Origin: an uncultured Chloroflexia bacterium
GTDB lineage: Bacteria; Chloroflexota; Limnocylindria; Limnocylindrales; CSP1-4
Direction: 5' to 3'
Assembly (NCBI GenBank): GCA_963741915.1
Contig: CAVUJW010000009.1
Coordinates: 61,960 to 125,959, forward strand
Length of the DNA: 64,000 nucleotides
Under the pieces are notes generated by a model. That model had not been told where the DNA came from, searched no databases, and worked only from the letters and a program-made list of their open reading frames with translations. Positions 12,691-26,624 of the stretch are shown in pieces. Position 1 is the first letter of the stretch, and each line of letters begins with the position of its first letter. A program made the translations under genes and the position numbers.

Positions 12691-13669
12691 CCGGGCAGCG
12701 ACTCGACGACGAGCACCGTGTCGCCGACCTGGAGCCGGTCGCCCAGGCCCAGCGCGATCTCGTCCACCCGGATGCCGTTCACGCGGCTGCCGTTGGTGCT
12801 GCCGAGGTCCGTGTAGACGAGCGTCCCTGGCGCGTCTGCAGCCGGCCGTGGTGCCGGGACACCCGCGCATCGGCGAGGACCAAGCGGTTGTCGCGGGCGC
12901 GGCCGAGCGTCAGCGGGCGGGCCGTCGACCACGACGGCCGCTCGCGGCCGTCGCGGCCGGGTCACGCGGAGCATCGCGCGCGCGCCCGACGGCGCCGGGC
13001 GGCGGAACACGAGTGTCTGGGTGCCGTCACCGCGGATGCCCCCGCCGGCCGCGTCGGCCTCGCCAGCGCCCCAGGTGCCGCCGTCGGGTCCGGCGCGTCG
13101 CCGGGCTCCAGCGGTGCGGGCGCTGGCCGCCCGCGAGGCGACAGCCGGGGCCCGCCCGGACGCCGCCGGCGCGGTCGCGAACGCGCCGGTCGGGCCCGGA
13201 TCGGCGATGGTCACCGGCCTCGGGGGGATCGGCGCAGGCTCGGCGGGGCGTTGCCCGCCGGCCGATACCGGGCGCGTCCGGCCGTGCGGCCGCGAGCGAC
13301 TCGATCGCCGGTGTCGACCTCGACGCGTCCCCGCGGCACCGAGGGGTCGGCGACCAGCGCGACCTGCGGACGGCCCGGGAGGTGGTAGGCGTGGGCCCGC
13401 GCGAACGCCAGCGCCGCGTCGGCGAGCCGGCCCGCCAGGGCTCGGGCGTCCTCGACTCGGCGCCACGTCGGCCATGTCCGCGGGGTTGAGGCGGACGCGG
13501 TACCGGGCGGGGACCGTGGTGCGGGCGCCACGCCCGGATCGCGCGCCGCTCCATCGCGCGCTCGACCCGGCGCTCGAGCTGGATGGCCTGCACCTGCGTC
13601 CGGAACAGGCGGGCGGTCGAGCGCTCGAAGAGCTGCTCCAGGAGCTGCTCGATGTCGGCGAGGGTGGCC
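12687..13669 (-). CDS. fhaA: FhaA-like protein (DUF3662 N-domain plus C-terminal FHA), frameshifted
   Basis: N-terminus MATLADIEQLLEQLFERSTARLFR and YRVRLNPADMADV are DUF3662-like. C-terminal FHA LTLGRARDNRLVLADARVSRHHGRLQTRQG / TLVYTDLGSTNGSRVNG. Confidence 0.65.
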
Positions 13670-13835
13670 ATGCCGGTGCTAACCGTACCAGACCACCCGG
13701 CGGCGCCACTCCGGCGGGACCAACGGCGGGCCGACCCGGTACCTCGGTCGGAGGGAGGTTCTGGACCACGTGGGTATACTCTGGCCCTGCCCGGTCCGGT
13801 TCGACCGGGCGTGTTCGTGCGTTCCCGGGGGTCGG

Positions 13836-15390
13836 ATGACGGAGATCCTCACCGAGTCGTTCTGCGAACGGTGCGGCACCCGCTACACGTTCGAATCCGG
13901 CGCACCGCGTCGCTCGCGGCTGGGCCGTGTCCGCACGCTGTCCAAGGGCCTGCGGAACTTCGTCCTCTCGGACGAGATCGACGTTCTCCGAGGCGATGGC
14001 CGACGCGCGGAGCGAGGATGAGCTCGCCGCCACCGCGCACCAGCTGGACGCCTTCCACAAGACCTTCAACTTCTGCCTGACCTGCCGCCAGTACACGTGC
14101 GGCAACTGCTGGAACACCGCGGAGGGCAGCTGCCTCACCTGCGCGCCGGTCCCGGGCATGGAGGACGCCGTGGCCGCGGCCGCCGTTGGCGGCTCCAACG
14201 GGCACGATCATGCCGACGTCGCGCTCGACGAGGCCTGGCCGGAGGCGGACCTGACGCGGGTCGCGGCCGTGCTCGGCCCGATCGGGGCCTCGCCGGTCGC
14301 TCCGCCAGCCGGCGAGCCGCTGGATGCGGAGATCGACCTCGCGGCCGTCGAGCCGCCCCTCGCCGCCAGCGCGGATGCCGGCCCGATCGAGGCGCCGGGG
14401 GCGGAGGTTGCGCCGACCGATGGCGCGGGCCACGAGATCGCGGCGTTCGAGGCGCCGGCGGCCGAAACGGCGGAGTCCGGGGAGGCCGAGATCGTCGAGG
14501 CGGGCGGCGCGACGGTCATCGGCATGGCCCCCGGGCAGAGCCTCGCCGACGCGGTCGCCGCCTACGAGGCCCAGCTCGCGGCCGACGAGGCCGGCGCGGC
14601 CGCAGCGGTCGCCGGCGAACCCGGAGCCGAGCCCGTCCCCGCCGCGGCGGCCGCCGAGCCGGAACGCATGGCCGCGCCGGAGGCGATCGCAGAGCCGGAA
14701 GCCACGGTCGAGCCGGAGGCGATCGCAGAGCCGGAGGCCACCGTCGAGCCGGAGGCGGGCCTGGTGGCGCTCGCGCCTGAGCCGGAGCCGGTCGCGCCTG
14801 AGCCGGAGCCGGTCGCGCCTGAGCCGGAGCCGGTCGCGCTCGAGCCGGAAGGGGTCGTGCTCGAGCCGGAGCCGGTCGCGCCGGCCGTGCCCGCGATCGC
14901 GGAGCCCGCGGCGGTGCAGCCGGAGGCCGAGCCGCCGGCCGTCCAGCCTGCCGCGGCGACCGCGGCCGACGTGATCCCGCAGCCGACCTGGCCGGCTCCC
15001 GCGTCGCCGGCTCCCGCGTCGCCGGCTCCCGCGACGCCCGCCGGTCCATCGAGCCCCGAGGCACCGGCGGCGCCCGCGGTCGCACCCTGGCTGACCGTCG
15101 CCCCGGACGACGGCTCGGAGCCCGGTCCCCCCAGTGGCCGGCGGTTCCCGCATGGCGTGCCGCCTCGGCGCAGCGCGATTACCCCACCACGCTCGCCGGT
15201 CGCCCGCTGCTCCCCGACCGGGACGCGACGGCGCTCTGGGCGGCGTCCGCCCGGGAGGTGCTGGGGGCCGTCCCGGCGGGCCTCCCCGACGCCCCCGCGC
15301 CGCCGACCGCGCAGCCCTGCGTCCAGTGCGGGCTATCGCTCTCGGCCAACGCGCGGTTCTGCAGGCGCTGCGGCACGCGCCAGGGCTGAG
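13836..15390 (+). CDS. Zinc-ribbon protein with central acidic Pro/Ala/Glu-rich tandem-repeat region, frameshift near 13990
   Basis: N-terminal CERCGTRY...CLTCRQYTCGNCW...CLTC and C-terminal CVQCGLSLSANARFCRRCGTRQG zinc ribbons. Internal 21-nt (PEPEPVA) and 36-nt (AEPEATVEPEAI) coding repeats. Divergent from fhaA. Confidence 0.55.
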
Positions 15391-15402
15391 CCGGCGCCTC
15401 CG

Positions 15403-16338
15403 TCAGCCGGCCGAGGGCTCGGGCGGCGCCGTCCGTTCGCGAGCCGCCCGGAACGCCACCAGGCGCACCCTGGTCCACGACGCTCCGAGCAGCAGGACGT
15501 TGAAGCTGATCGAGAGCCAGGCGAGGATCGCGAACACGGCGACGAGCGCCCCGAACAGCGCGGCGACCCCGACCAGCCGCGGCGCGATGAACGTGAACGC
15601 CTGGGCGATGAGCGCCAGCACCAGGCCGGCCAGCAGCGCCGGCGGGAGCAGCACCCGGGCCGGCACGAGGGTCGCGGGGACGAACCGGTAGACGAGCCCG
15701 GCGCCGGCGACGAACAGCAGGAAGGAGGCCAGCGGCGAGGCGAGCTGGAACGCGGTCCGGGCGAGCCCGCCGATCTCGCTGCCGCCCGGCGCGATGTCCA
15801 GCAGCCAGGACGCGATGGAGCCGGCCACGAGCGCGGCGATCGGGGTCGCGACGATCAGCGCGGACACCAGCAGCCCGCGCACCGTGCGCTCCAGCCCGCT
15901 GCGCGGCCGGGCCGTGCGGAACACCCTCGACAACGCGAAGTCGAGCGCCGCGTAGAAGCGGCTGGAGCCCCACAGCAGCCCGACGATCGCGACGACCCCG
16001 GTCGGGACGGCGCCGGCGGAGACCTGCTCGAACGCCTGGCGGGCAACCTCCTCGAGCGGCGGCACCGCCCTCGCGATCGCGGCCACGACCTGCTCGCGGA
16101 TGGAGGGGTCGTCGACCACCAGCCCCACCAGCGACAGCATCAGCAGCAGGCCCGGCAGCACCGCGAACAGGGCCGCGTACGCGAGCCCGCCGGCGACCAG
16201 GCCCCCGCCGGCGCCGTCGTACGCGTCCAGCACCGCGAGCAGGGTCTGCACCGCGGGCACGCCGCCCACCCGTCGGGCGACGCGGGTCGCGAGGTCTCGG
16301 AGGCGGTCGACCCGGCCCTCCTCGCCGGCCTCGCTCAT
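15403..16338 (-). CDS. YihY/BrkB family inner-membrane protein
   Basis: 311-aa intact ORF with 6 predicted TM segments and YihY-like conserved regions (GLAYAALFAVLPGLLL...SRFYAALDFALSRVF). Confidence 0.75.
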   Translation of the reverse strand: MSEAGEEGRVDRLRDLATRVARRVGGVPAVQTLLAVLDAYDGAGGGLVAGGLAYAALFAVLPGLLLMLSLVGLVVDDPSIREQVVAAIARAVPPLEEVARQAFEQVSAGAVPTGVVAIVGLLWGSSRFYAALDFALSRVFRTARPRSGLERTVRGLLVSALIVATPIAALVAGSIASWLLDIAPGGSEIGGLARTAFQLASPLASFLLFVAGAGLVYRFVPATLVPARVLLPPALLAGLVLALIAQAFTFIAPRLVGVAALFGALVAVFAILAWLSISFNVLLLGASWTRVRLVAFRAARERTAPPEPSAG

Positions 16339-16342
16339 GCCA

Positions 16343-16582
16343 TCAGCGGCTGAGGTCCTCGAACAGCCCCGGCTGGACGTCCTCGGCGTGCACCCGTCGC
16401 GGCGCGGTGACCAGGGCCTGGACCTCGCCTCGGCGGACGAACCGGCGTCCGCCGAGCTTGATGCTGGACAGGCGGCCGGTGCGCGCCCAGGCGCCGATGG
16501 TCTCGGGCCGGAACCGCACGTTCGCGGCGGCCAGGATCTCGGCGGCCTCGCTGAGGGTGATCCAGTCGGCCGCGGACGGCAT
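16343..16582 (-). CDS. Helix-turn-helix DNA-binding protein (excisionase/MerR-like HTH_17)
   Basis: MPSAADWITLSEAAEILAAANVRFRPETIGAWARTGRLSSIKLGGRRFVRRGEVQALV. The upstream FmdB ORF continues in frame into it. Confidence 0.55.
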   Translation of the reverse strand: MPSAADWITLSEAAEILAAANVRFRPETIGAWARTGRLSSIKLGGRRFVRRGEVQALVTAPRRVHAEDVQPGLFEDLSR

Positions 16583-16589
16583 CGGCCTC

Positions 16590-16911
16590 AGCCCCTCCCG
16601 CACCGCTCGTGGAGGCCGCACCCTTGTCCTTCGCCGCGGGTGCCTTCGTCCCGTCGCCCGTGGGCGCGTCCGACTTCGGACTCCCCCGACGACCCGCCCG
16701 ACGACCCGGCCGACGCCTTCGTCGCCCGACCCTCCCCGGTCCTTCTTCGCCCAGCCGGAGCCCTTGAAGTGGATGGTCGGCGGGGCGAACAGCTTGCGCA
16801 TCGTCCCCTCCCTGCCGCAGGACGGGCAGAACTGCGGACCGGGGTCGTTGATCCCGTGGAGGATGTCCACGCGGTGGCCGCAGCGGTGCAGATGTAGTCG
16901 TAGATGGGCAT
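16590..16911 (-). CDS. FmdB-family zinc-ribbon regulatory protein, frameshift near 16870
   Basis: MPIYDYICTAC...ILHGINDPGPQFCPSCGREGTMRKLFAPPTIHFKGSGW is a classic FmdB CxxC...CxxC ribbon. A Gly/Arg-rich tail runs into the HTH ORF. Confidence 0.6.
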
Positions 16912-16946
16912 GGCGGTGAGAGATCCCGTTCCAGTCGGTCAGCCGG

Positions 16947-17702
16947 TCAGCCGCGCAGCAGGCGCATGCCGCACTTGGGACAGTAGAACGCTCGCTCGTG
17001 GCCCGAGGCGAAGCCGCAGTGGGCGCAGACGAGGCCGCCGCGACCGGCGGCGGGCACCGGTCGCTCCACGGCGGTCAGGCCGAGCGCGTACTGGTTGGCG
17101 AGGATGTTGGTCAGCAGCCCGCCCAGGATCCGCTGCGCCGATCCGGTCCGTGTCGCCGCGGACGCCGCGGCCGCCCCAGCCGACGACGCCGCGCACGATC
17201 ATGTCGCCGGTGGCCTCGTCCCAGTGCGATGCCACGCCGCCGACGATCGCGTTGTACTCGGGGTAGCCCGAGGTGTCGGTCTCGCCGTCGAGCAGCGCGC
17301 AGGCGAAGGTGTCGAACGCGAGGTCGATCGCGTCGATCGACTCGAGGACGACCAGGGCATGGCGGGTGACCGGGCTGAGCTCGTGGTGGGCGTTGAGCCA
17401 CTGCATCGCCTCGGACGGCCGGGCGATCTGGGGCATCGCCTGGCTGAACTCGAGTCGGGAGCGGCTCGACGACCTCGACGTCGCTGCTGGGCGATGCCCC
17501 CGAGCATCGCGGGCAGCTCGGCCAGCGCCCGCGGCCCTGCCTGCAGCCGGACGCCCTCGGTGCTCTTGCCGGCGTAGTACAGCTTGAGCTGGTAGTCCTG
17601 GGCGACGACCTCCTCCGGCAGCCCGATGACCGTGGGCTGTCGCGTGGCCTGCACGGGCTTGTCGTTGTCGCCACCACGGCGCTTCAGGAACTCGAGCGGC
17701 AC
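16947..17702 (-). CDS. Hypothetical protein with C-terminal zinc ribbon (possibly DUF3027-like), 2 frameshifts
   Basis: C-terminus GLVCAHCGFASGHERAFYCPKCGMRLLRG*. The body is split over ORFs 17199-17702 and 16939-17436. Confidence 0.4.
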
Positions 17703-17781
17703 TGGGTCCTCCGGGACGCGGCCTGCTGATTGGCCCGCATGATCGTATCAGCGCGTACGCCCGGTTGGCACCGGGTGCCGC

Positions 17782-20520
<2,739 letters not shown>

Positions 20521-20789
20521 ATCGATCGCTCCCGGTTCGGCGGGCGTCGTGCCCGGAGACGGAACGGCCCCGTCGTCCAGCGGACGAACGGGGTCGTGGT
20601 ACCACCTGCTGGTTCGACGCCGGGGCCCCGCCGCTCATCGCGGCCGGCGCAGGTCCGGCATCCTCGCGGCACGCTATCGGGTGCTGGCCGCACGGCTCGC
20701 GAGCGACCTTCGCGCCCGTCGTGCCCGCGCGGCTCGCACCATCCCGCGCTCGCTCCCGGGCCGTTGTCGGGCCTACTCCTCTCGGTCGT

Positions 20790-21361
20790 CGCCGTGAGGG
20801 CCGGAGTGTAGCACACGCCGCTCCGGGGATCTCCAGACGGGCGGCGGCCGCCCCGTAGATCGCGCCCAGGAACCGGCTCGGCACGCGGTGCAGCAGGTAA
20901 GGCGCCCCGAAGCCGGCCTGCGGCGCCAGGCGCTGCCAGCGCCGGAACGAGATCGGGTGGGGAACGTACGGGTTGCCGTGGTCGGCGTCGTACTCGACCA
21001 CCACCAGCCGTCCGCCGGGGGCCAGCGCTGCGTGGACGGCACCCAGCAGCGGCATCGGGTCCGCGACGAAGTGGAGGCTGTTCGCGGCCAGCACCCCGTC
21101 GAACGGGCCCGACGGGAGGTCCAGCGTGAAGTCGGCGATCACCGTGTGCACCGGCGTCCCCGGAAAGCGTGCCGCCGCCCGCGCGGCGAGGTCGGTCAGC
21201 GCCCAGCGGTCGCGGTCCAGCGCGAGGATGTGGCCGGTCTCGCCCAGCAGGTCCGCCAGCGCGAGCGTGAACTCGCCGTCGCCCGAACCGAGCTCCAGCC
21301 AGTGGGGTCCCGCCCCGGCGACGCCGGCGCGGATGAGGGCCACGTGATCGGCATGCTGCAT
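20790..21361 (-). CDS. Class I SAM-dependent methyltransferase; 3' end uncertain
   Basis: HWLELGSGDGEFTLALADLL (motif I), ILALDRD and GGRLVVVEY. Confidence 0.55.
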
Positions 21362-21394
21362 GGCGCCATCATCCCCGAACGCCGGGGCGTCCGC

Positions 21395-21837
21395 CTAGGC
21401 CTGCCGGCGGGGCTCCGTGGCGTCGGCCCGAGCGCGCAGGTCGAGCTCCCGGTTCGCCGAGCGCAGCCAGTCCGCGGCGCCGAGCAGGAACGGCACCGCC
21501 CCCACGATCGCGAACCACGGGCCGAACGCGCCGGCCAGGCCGATCACCGCGACCCCGAAGCCCACCGCGAGGGGCGCGGAGCTGCGGGTCGGGACCGGAC
21601 CCGACTCGTCACCGAACGGGCCGTCCGGGCGGCCGGGCTCGGCCGGCGCCTCCTCGTCCGTCCCGCGGGAACCGGCCGGCTGGCCGCCGCGCAGGACCAG
21701 GAACGCCGCGCCGGTGGCGACCCCGAACCCCAGCAGCAGGACCGTGCCCGCGGCCTCGTAGCTGACGAACCAGTACACGAGCCCGGCGGCCAGCGCGAAC
21801 AGCGACAGGCGGCCGAAGAACCGGACCTCCTCGGTCA
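21395..21837 (-). CDS. ctaF: Cytochrome c oxidase subunit IV (actinobacterial CtaF-like)
   Basis: 147-aa two-helix membrane protein [28 protein letters not shown]. Its ATG overlaps the ctaD stop. Confidence 0.55.
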
Positions 21838-23496
21838 TCAGCCGTCACCTCCGCCGCCGGCGCCGGCCTCGGGGACCGTCCGCTCCCGGGCCGCCATCCG
21901 CGCGTCGAACACGGGGCGCAGCGACCGGATCGGCGGCAGGCGGTCGAAGTTGTGGTGGGGTGGCGGCGAGGAGGTCGCCCACTCCAGCGAGTTGCCGCCC
22001 CACGGGTCGTCGGGCATGTCGGCCGGGCGGCGCAGCGCGGCCCACACGGCACCCAGGAACGGCAGCATCCCGGCGGCCAGCACCAGCGCGCCGATCGTCG
22101 AGATCAGGTTGAGGTCGGTCCAGCCGCGGTCGGGCGAGTAGTCGGCGATCCGGCGCGGCATGCCTTCGGCGCCCAGCAGGTACTGCGGCACGAAGGTCAG
22201 CGCGAACCCGATCAGCCAGGTCACGAAGTGGACCCGGCCCAGCCGCTCGCTGAGCATCCGGCCGGTCAGCTTGGGGAACCAGAAGTAGATCCCGGCAAAG
22301 CCGGCGAACATCGACCCGCCGATCAGCACGTTGTGCAGGTGGGCCACCACGAAGTAGGTGTCCTGCGCCTGGTAGTCGATGGGCGGCGAGGCAAGCATGA
22401 CGCCCGTGATCCCGCCGATCGTGAACACGTACAGCAGCCCCAGGCACCACAGCATCGGCACCGAGAACCGCAGGCTGCCCCGCCACATGGTCGCGATCCA
22501 GTTGAAGATCTTGATCCCGGTGGGCACCGCGATCAGCAGCGACATGATCGAGAAGAACGGCAGGTCCACCCGACCGGTCGTGAACATGTGGTGGGCCCAG
22601 ACGCCCATCGACAGCCCGGCGATCGCGATCGTCGCGAACACCAGCAGCCGGTAGCCGAACAGCGGCTTGCTGGAAAACACCGGCACCACCTCGCTCACGA
22701 TCCCGAAGTACGGCAGGATCAGGATGTAGACCTCGGGGTGGCCGAAGAACCAGAACAGGTGCTGCCACAGGATCGGGTCGCCGCCCTGGCTCGGGTCGAA
22801 GAAGCCGCCGCCGAGGTGGCGGTCGATGAACAGCATCGCGAGCGCGGCCGTGATCGACGGGAACGCGAACAGGATCAGGATCGACGTCACCAGGATCGTC
22901 CAGGTGAACATCGGCATCCGGAACATCCGCATCCCCGGCGCGCGCCGGGTGTAGATCGTGACCAGGAAGTTGAGCGCCCCGAGGATGCCCGACACCCCGA
23001 CCAACGCGACCCCCACGATCCACAGGTCCATGCCCGGGTTGGGCGAGTACGACGGACCCGACAGGGGCGCGTAGCCCGTCCAGCCGGCCGCCGCCGCCCC
23101 GCCGGTGGTGAGGAAGCCGGACATCACGATCAGGCCACCGAACAGGAACAGCCAGAACGACAAGGCGTTGAGGCGGGGGAAGGCCATGTCCGCGGCGCCG
23201 ATCTGGAGGGGCATGATCGCGTTGGCGAACCCGATCGCCAACGGCCCGGCGAAGAACAGCAGCATCAGGGTGCCGTGCACGGTGAACAGCTGGTTGTAGG
23301 TGGTCGCTGACACCAGCTGCTGGCCGGGGGCCGCCAGCTCCAGCCGAATGACCTCCGCGATCGCTCCCCCGGTCAAGGCGAACCCGAATGCCGCGGCAAT
23401 GTACATCGCCCCGATCCGCTTGTGGTCGGTGGTCGTCAGCCACTCCAGGAGGCCGACCTGGGGCGTGGCGTGGAGGCGGGCTTCGATCGAGGTCAT
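21838..23496 (-). CDS. ctaD: Cytochrome c oxidase subunit I
   Basis: Intact 552-aa ORF containing [18 protein letters not shown] and other haem-copper oxidase signatures. Confidence 0.9.
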   Translation of the reverse strand: MTSIEARLHATPQVGLLEWLTTTDHKRIGAMYIAAAFGFALTGGAIAEVIRLELAAPGQQLVSATTYNQLFTVHGTLMLLFFAGPLAIGFANAIMPLQIGAADMAFPRLNALSFWLFLFGGLIVMSGFLTTGGAAAAGWTGYAPLSGPSYSPNPGMDLWIVGVALVGVSGILGALNFLVTIYTRRAPGMRMFRMPMFTWTILVTSILILFAFPSITAALAMLFIDRHLGGGFFDPSQGGDPILWQHLFWFFGHPEVYILILPYFGIVSEVVPVFSSKPLFGYRLLVFATIAIAGLSMGVWAHHMFTTGRVDLPFFSIMSLLIAVPTGIKIFNWIATMWRGSLRFSVPMLWCLGLLYVFTIGGITGVMLASPPIDYQAQDTYFVVAHLHNVLIGGSMFAGFAGIYFWFPKLTGRMLSERLGRVHFVTWLIGFALTFVPQYLLGAEGMPRRIADYSPDRGWTDLNLISTIGALVLAAGMLPFLGAVWAALRRPADMPDDPWGGNSLEWATSSPPPHHNFDRLPPIRSLRPVFDARMAARERTVPEAGAGGGGDG

Positions 23497-24275
23497 GGCG
23501 CGGCGCTCCCACCGGCGGCGTGGGCGGCCAGCCAGGCCTGGAAGTCGGCCTGGGGGACGGCCCGGATCGTGAACAGCATCTCGTCATGGCCGATGCCACA
23601 GAACTCGGCGCACGCGCCCGGATACACGCCGGGTGCCGTGATCCTGAGGTCGAACAGGGTCGGCCGCCCGGGGATCGCGTCGCGCTTGAACAGGAACTGC
23701 GGGACGAACCAGGCGTGGTTCACGTCCAGGGATTCGAGCGTGACGTGGATCGGCGTGTCGACCGGGAGCACGATCTCGGGGGGCTTCGTGCCGTCGCCGG
23801 TGACCGTGACCCCGGCATCCGGGTAGCTCGTCTGCCACTGCCAGCGGAAGGCGGTCAGGTGCAGGTTCACCCCGCCGGGCTCGACCGTGTCGACCGCCGC
23901 CAGCGTTCGGACGGTGAGCCCGAACAGGACCAGGACCGTGATGAGCGGGATGACCGTCCACACCGCCTCGATCCGGAGGCTGCCGCTGGTCTGGGGCGGG
24001 AGCCGGTCGTCGCGCCGCCGGTAGCGCAGGATCGCGAACGTGACCAGGCCCCACACGATCCCCGCGACGATGATGCCGCCCGCGACGAACACCAGGTACA
24101 GGTCCGAGATGTCCTGACCCTGGGTGGTAGCGGGCGTGGGTATGCAGCCACCCAGGGCGACGGCGAGCAGGGCCAGCGCCGGCAGCGCGAGCGCCCGCAG
24201 CGCCCGAGCCCGCAGCGCCCGAGCCGGCAGCGTCCGAGCCGGCAGCGCCCGAACCCCGGGCAGGCGACGCCTCAT
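23493..24275 (-). CDS. ctaC: Cytochrome c oxidase subunit II
   Basis: 260 aa with two TM helices and the CuA site HAWFVPQF...[12 protein letters not shown]. The stop overlaps the ctaD start. Confidence 0.85.
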   Translation of the reverse strand: MRRRLPGVRALPARTLPARALRARALRALALPALALLAVALGGCIPTPATTQGQDISDLYLVFVAGGIIVAGIVWGLVTFAILRYRRRDDRLPPQTSGSLRIEAVWTVIPLITVLVLFGLTVRTLAAVDTVEPGGVNLHLTAFRWQWQTSYPDAGVTVTGDGTKPPEIVLPVDTPIHVTLESLDVNHAWFVPQFLFKRDAIPGRPTLFDLRITAPGVYPGACAEFCGIGHDEMLFTIRAVPQADFQAWLAAHAAGGSAAP

Positions 24276-25777
24276 CGCTCCGCCTCCGCCTCGCTGAACC
24301 CGCCGGCCGCGTTGCGCACCAGCAGGACGCTCGGTGGCTCCTCGGGCGCGCCCTCGCCCTCGCGCCGCTCGTGCGCGGCGCGACGGTCACGGGCCACGCG
24401 ATAGACCACCAGCCAGGTGAGGATCGGCGCGACGACCAGCAGGACCCGGAACACGATCGTGATCCCTTCCACGGGCACGTCCAGGATCACGGCCAGCACG
24501 TCGTTGCCGCCGGCGATCGTGAGCACCAGGAACAGGGCCACGCCCGCGGCACCGGTCGCCGTCCGGATCGGCGTCCGCCACGGCGGGTCGAGCAGGTTGT
24601 GCTCGGCGTGATCGCCGGTCAGGCGCGCCTCGAGGAACGGCCACACCACCAGCGCGCCGACGAGCAGCCCCGGGATCAGGATCCCGGGCACAAACGGCGA
24701 CGGGATCGTCACGCCCAGGATGGTGGGTTCGATGGGCAGGCCGAGGCGGAGGGCGCCCTCGAGCCAGCCGACGTACCAGTCCGGCTGCGCCGGGACGGTC
24801 GCGATGTAGGGCACGTACGGGCCATAGAGCCAGATGGGGTTGATCTGGATCAGCCCGGCGACCAGGACCACGACCGCCGCGGTCAGGAAGAACAGGCCCA
24901 GCGAGCGGAACACCTGGCCCGGCCAGAACGGCAGCCCGACGACGTTGTCCTCGCGCGCGGCACCGCCCCGATACTGGGTGTGCTTCTGGAACCACAGCAG
25001 CGCGAGGTGGACGGTGATGCCCCCCACCAGCAGCCCGGGCAGGAGCATCACGTGGAACACGAACAGCCGGCTCAGGATGTCGGCGGTCGGGTACTCGCCG
25101 CCGAAGAACAGCGACGCCACCCACGGCCCCACGAACGGGATCGACAGCATCACCGAGTCGATGATCCGGAGGCCGGTGCCGGAGAGCAGGTCGTCGGGCA
25201 GCGAATAGCCGGTGATCCCCTCGCCCAGCGCGAACATCAGCAGCCCCAGGCCGATGAGGTAGTTGAGCTCGCGCGGCCGCCGGAACGCGCCGGTGAAGAA
25301 GATCCGGGCGAGGTGCGCGGCGATCGCGCCCAGGAAGATCAGGGCGGCCCAGTGGTGGACCTGCCGCATGAGCAGGCCTGCCTGGACGTCGAATGACAGC
25401 CGCATGATCGAGGCGAAGGCGGCCGACATCGGGGTGCCCACCAGCGTCTGGTAGGAGCCGTCATACGTGACCTGCCGGGCGTCGGGCGTGTAGAAGAACG
25501 TGAGGAAGGTGCCGGTCGCGAGCAGGATCACGAACGCGAACAGCGCGATCTCGCCCAGCAGGAAGCTCCAGTGGTCCGGGAACACCTTGGCCATCGCGTG
25601 GCGCACGGTGTCCGCGAGGCCCGTGCGCCGGTCGACCCAGGCGACCAGCCGCTCGAGCTCCGTGTCCCGCTCGGGCGCCCCCGCGTTTTCCCGCGGCGCT
25701 CCGTCCGCCCGGTCCTGCGGCGCTCGGCCCGCCTGGTCCTGCGGCGCTCCGTCCGCCTGGTCCTGCGGCTCAGCCAC
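24272..25777 (-). CDS. qcrB: Ubiquinol/menaquinol-cytochrome c reductase cytochrome b subunit
   Basis: 501 aa with cytochrome b motifs (VHHWAALIFLGAIAAHLARIFFTGAF, FVFHVMLLP). GTG start. The N-terminal APQDQADG is repeated three times. Confidence 0.85.
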   Translation of the reverse strand: MAEPQDQADGAPQDQAGRAPQDRADGAPRENAGAPERDTELERLVAWVDRRTGLADTVRHAMAKVFPDHWSFLLGEIALFAFVILLATGTFLTFFYTPDARQVTYDGSYQTLVGTPMSAAFASIMRLSFDVQAGLLMRQVHHWAALIFLGAIAAHLARIFFTGAFRRPRELNYLIGLGLLMFALGEGITGYSLPDDLLSGTGLRIIDSVMLSIPFVGPWVASLFFGGEYPTADILSRLFVFHVMLLPGLLVGGITVHLALLWFQKHTQYRGGAAREDNVVGLPFWPGQVFRSLGLFFLTAAVVVLVAGLIQINPIWLYGPYVPYIATVPAQPDWYVGWLEGALRLGLPIEPTILGVTIPSPFVPGILIPGLLVGALVVWPFLEARLTGDHAEHNLLDPPWRTPIRTATGAAGVALFLVLTIAGGNDVLAVILDVPVEGITIVFRVLLVVAPILTWLVVYRVARDRRAAHERREGEGAPEEPPSVLLVRNAAGGFSEAEAER

Positions 25778-26624
25778 TGGTCATGTTCCAGAACGCCGGC
25801 CCGACCGGCTCCGGAAAGTCGCCCAGCGCGATGAACGTCCCGTCCGGCTGCAGCTGGATCGGCAGCTGGGGCAGCGGCCGGGAGGCCGGCCCGAACACCG
25901 GTTGGGCGCCGTCGAGGACGTCGAACGTGGACTGGTGGCAGGGGCAGATCAGGCGGTGCTCGGCCGCCCGGTACAGCCCGACGGCGCAGCCTGCGTGCGT
26001 GCACAGCTTGGAATAGGCGACGTAGCCCTCCGGGGCCCACGCCATCCGGTCCTGCGCCAGCCGCAGCAGCCCGGGCGCGACCCGGATCAGTAGCGTCTGC
26101 CCGTCGGCGGAGCCGGCGAACCCTTCCGGGAAGGCCGTGACGATTCCCTCGACCGGCAGGTCGTCGGCGCGGATCGGGTTGCCGTCGAGGCCCACCAGCC
26201 GCAGCCCGCGACGCCAGGGCGTCTCGAACAGGCTCCGGCCCGGCGCGGGCCCCAGCGACAGGACGGGGATCGCGAGCGCCGCGGCGAGCCCGGCAAGCGC
26301 GCCGCCCAGCGCCCGGACGAGCAGCGTTCGCCGCGTGATCGACGCCTCCTCGTCGAGGATCTCGCGCTCGGCGTCCAGGTCGGCGGCCGCCTCGACCGGA
26401 TGGCGTGGCTCGATCTGCAGCCGGCCCGAGAGCAGCCAGTGCGACCAGGCAATGATCCCGATGCCGATGCCGCCCAGCGAAATGGCGAGCAGGACGCCCT
26501 CGACCTGGGTCTGCCCGCCCGCGATGTACACGCCCAGGAGCGCCACGCCGGCCAGGCCGGCGATCCCGAACGCGAGGGCGATCCCGCGCTCCACGCGCCG
26601 GGAATCCTGCGGTCGGTCGCTCAC
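25770..26624 (-). CDS. qcrA: Rieske iron-sulfur protein of bc1 complex
   Basis: CTHAGCAV...CPCHQSTFD Rieske 2Fe-2S boxes with an N-terminal TM helix. Confidence 0.85.
   Translation of the reverse strand: MSDRPQDSRRVERGIALAFGIAGLAGVALLGVYIAGGQTQVEGVLLAISLGGIGIGIIAWSHWLLSGRLQIEPRHPVEAAADLDAEREILDEEASITRRTLLVRALGGALAGLAAALAIPVLSLGPAPGRSLFETPWRRGLRLVGLDGNPIRADDLPVEGIVTAFPEGFAGSADGQTLLIRVAPGLLRLAQDRMAWAPEGYVAYSKLCTHAGCAVGLYRAAEHRLICPCHQSTFDVLDGAQPVFGPASRPLPQLPIQLQPDGTFIALGDFPEPVGPAFWNMTSG

Noticed and set aside
17757-17781. GC-rich hairpin (cccggt-tggc-accggg) just downstream of the valS stop as an intrinsic terminator
   Set aside because: No U-tract follows on the transcribed strand, so support is insufficient.
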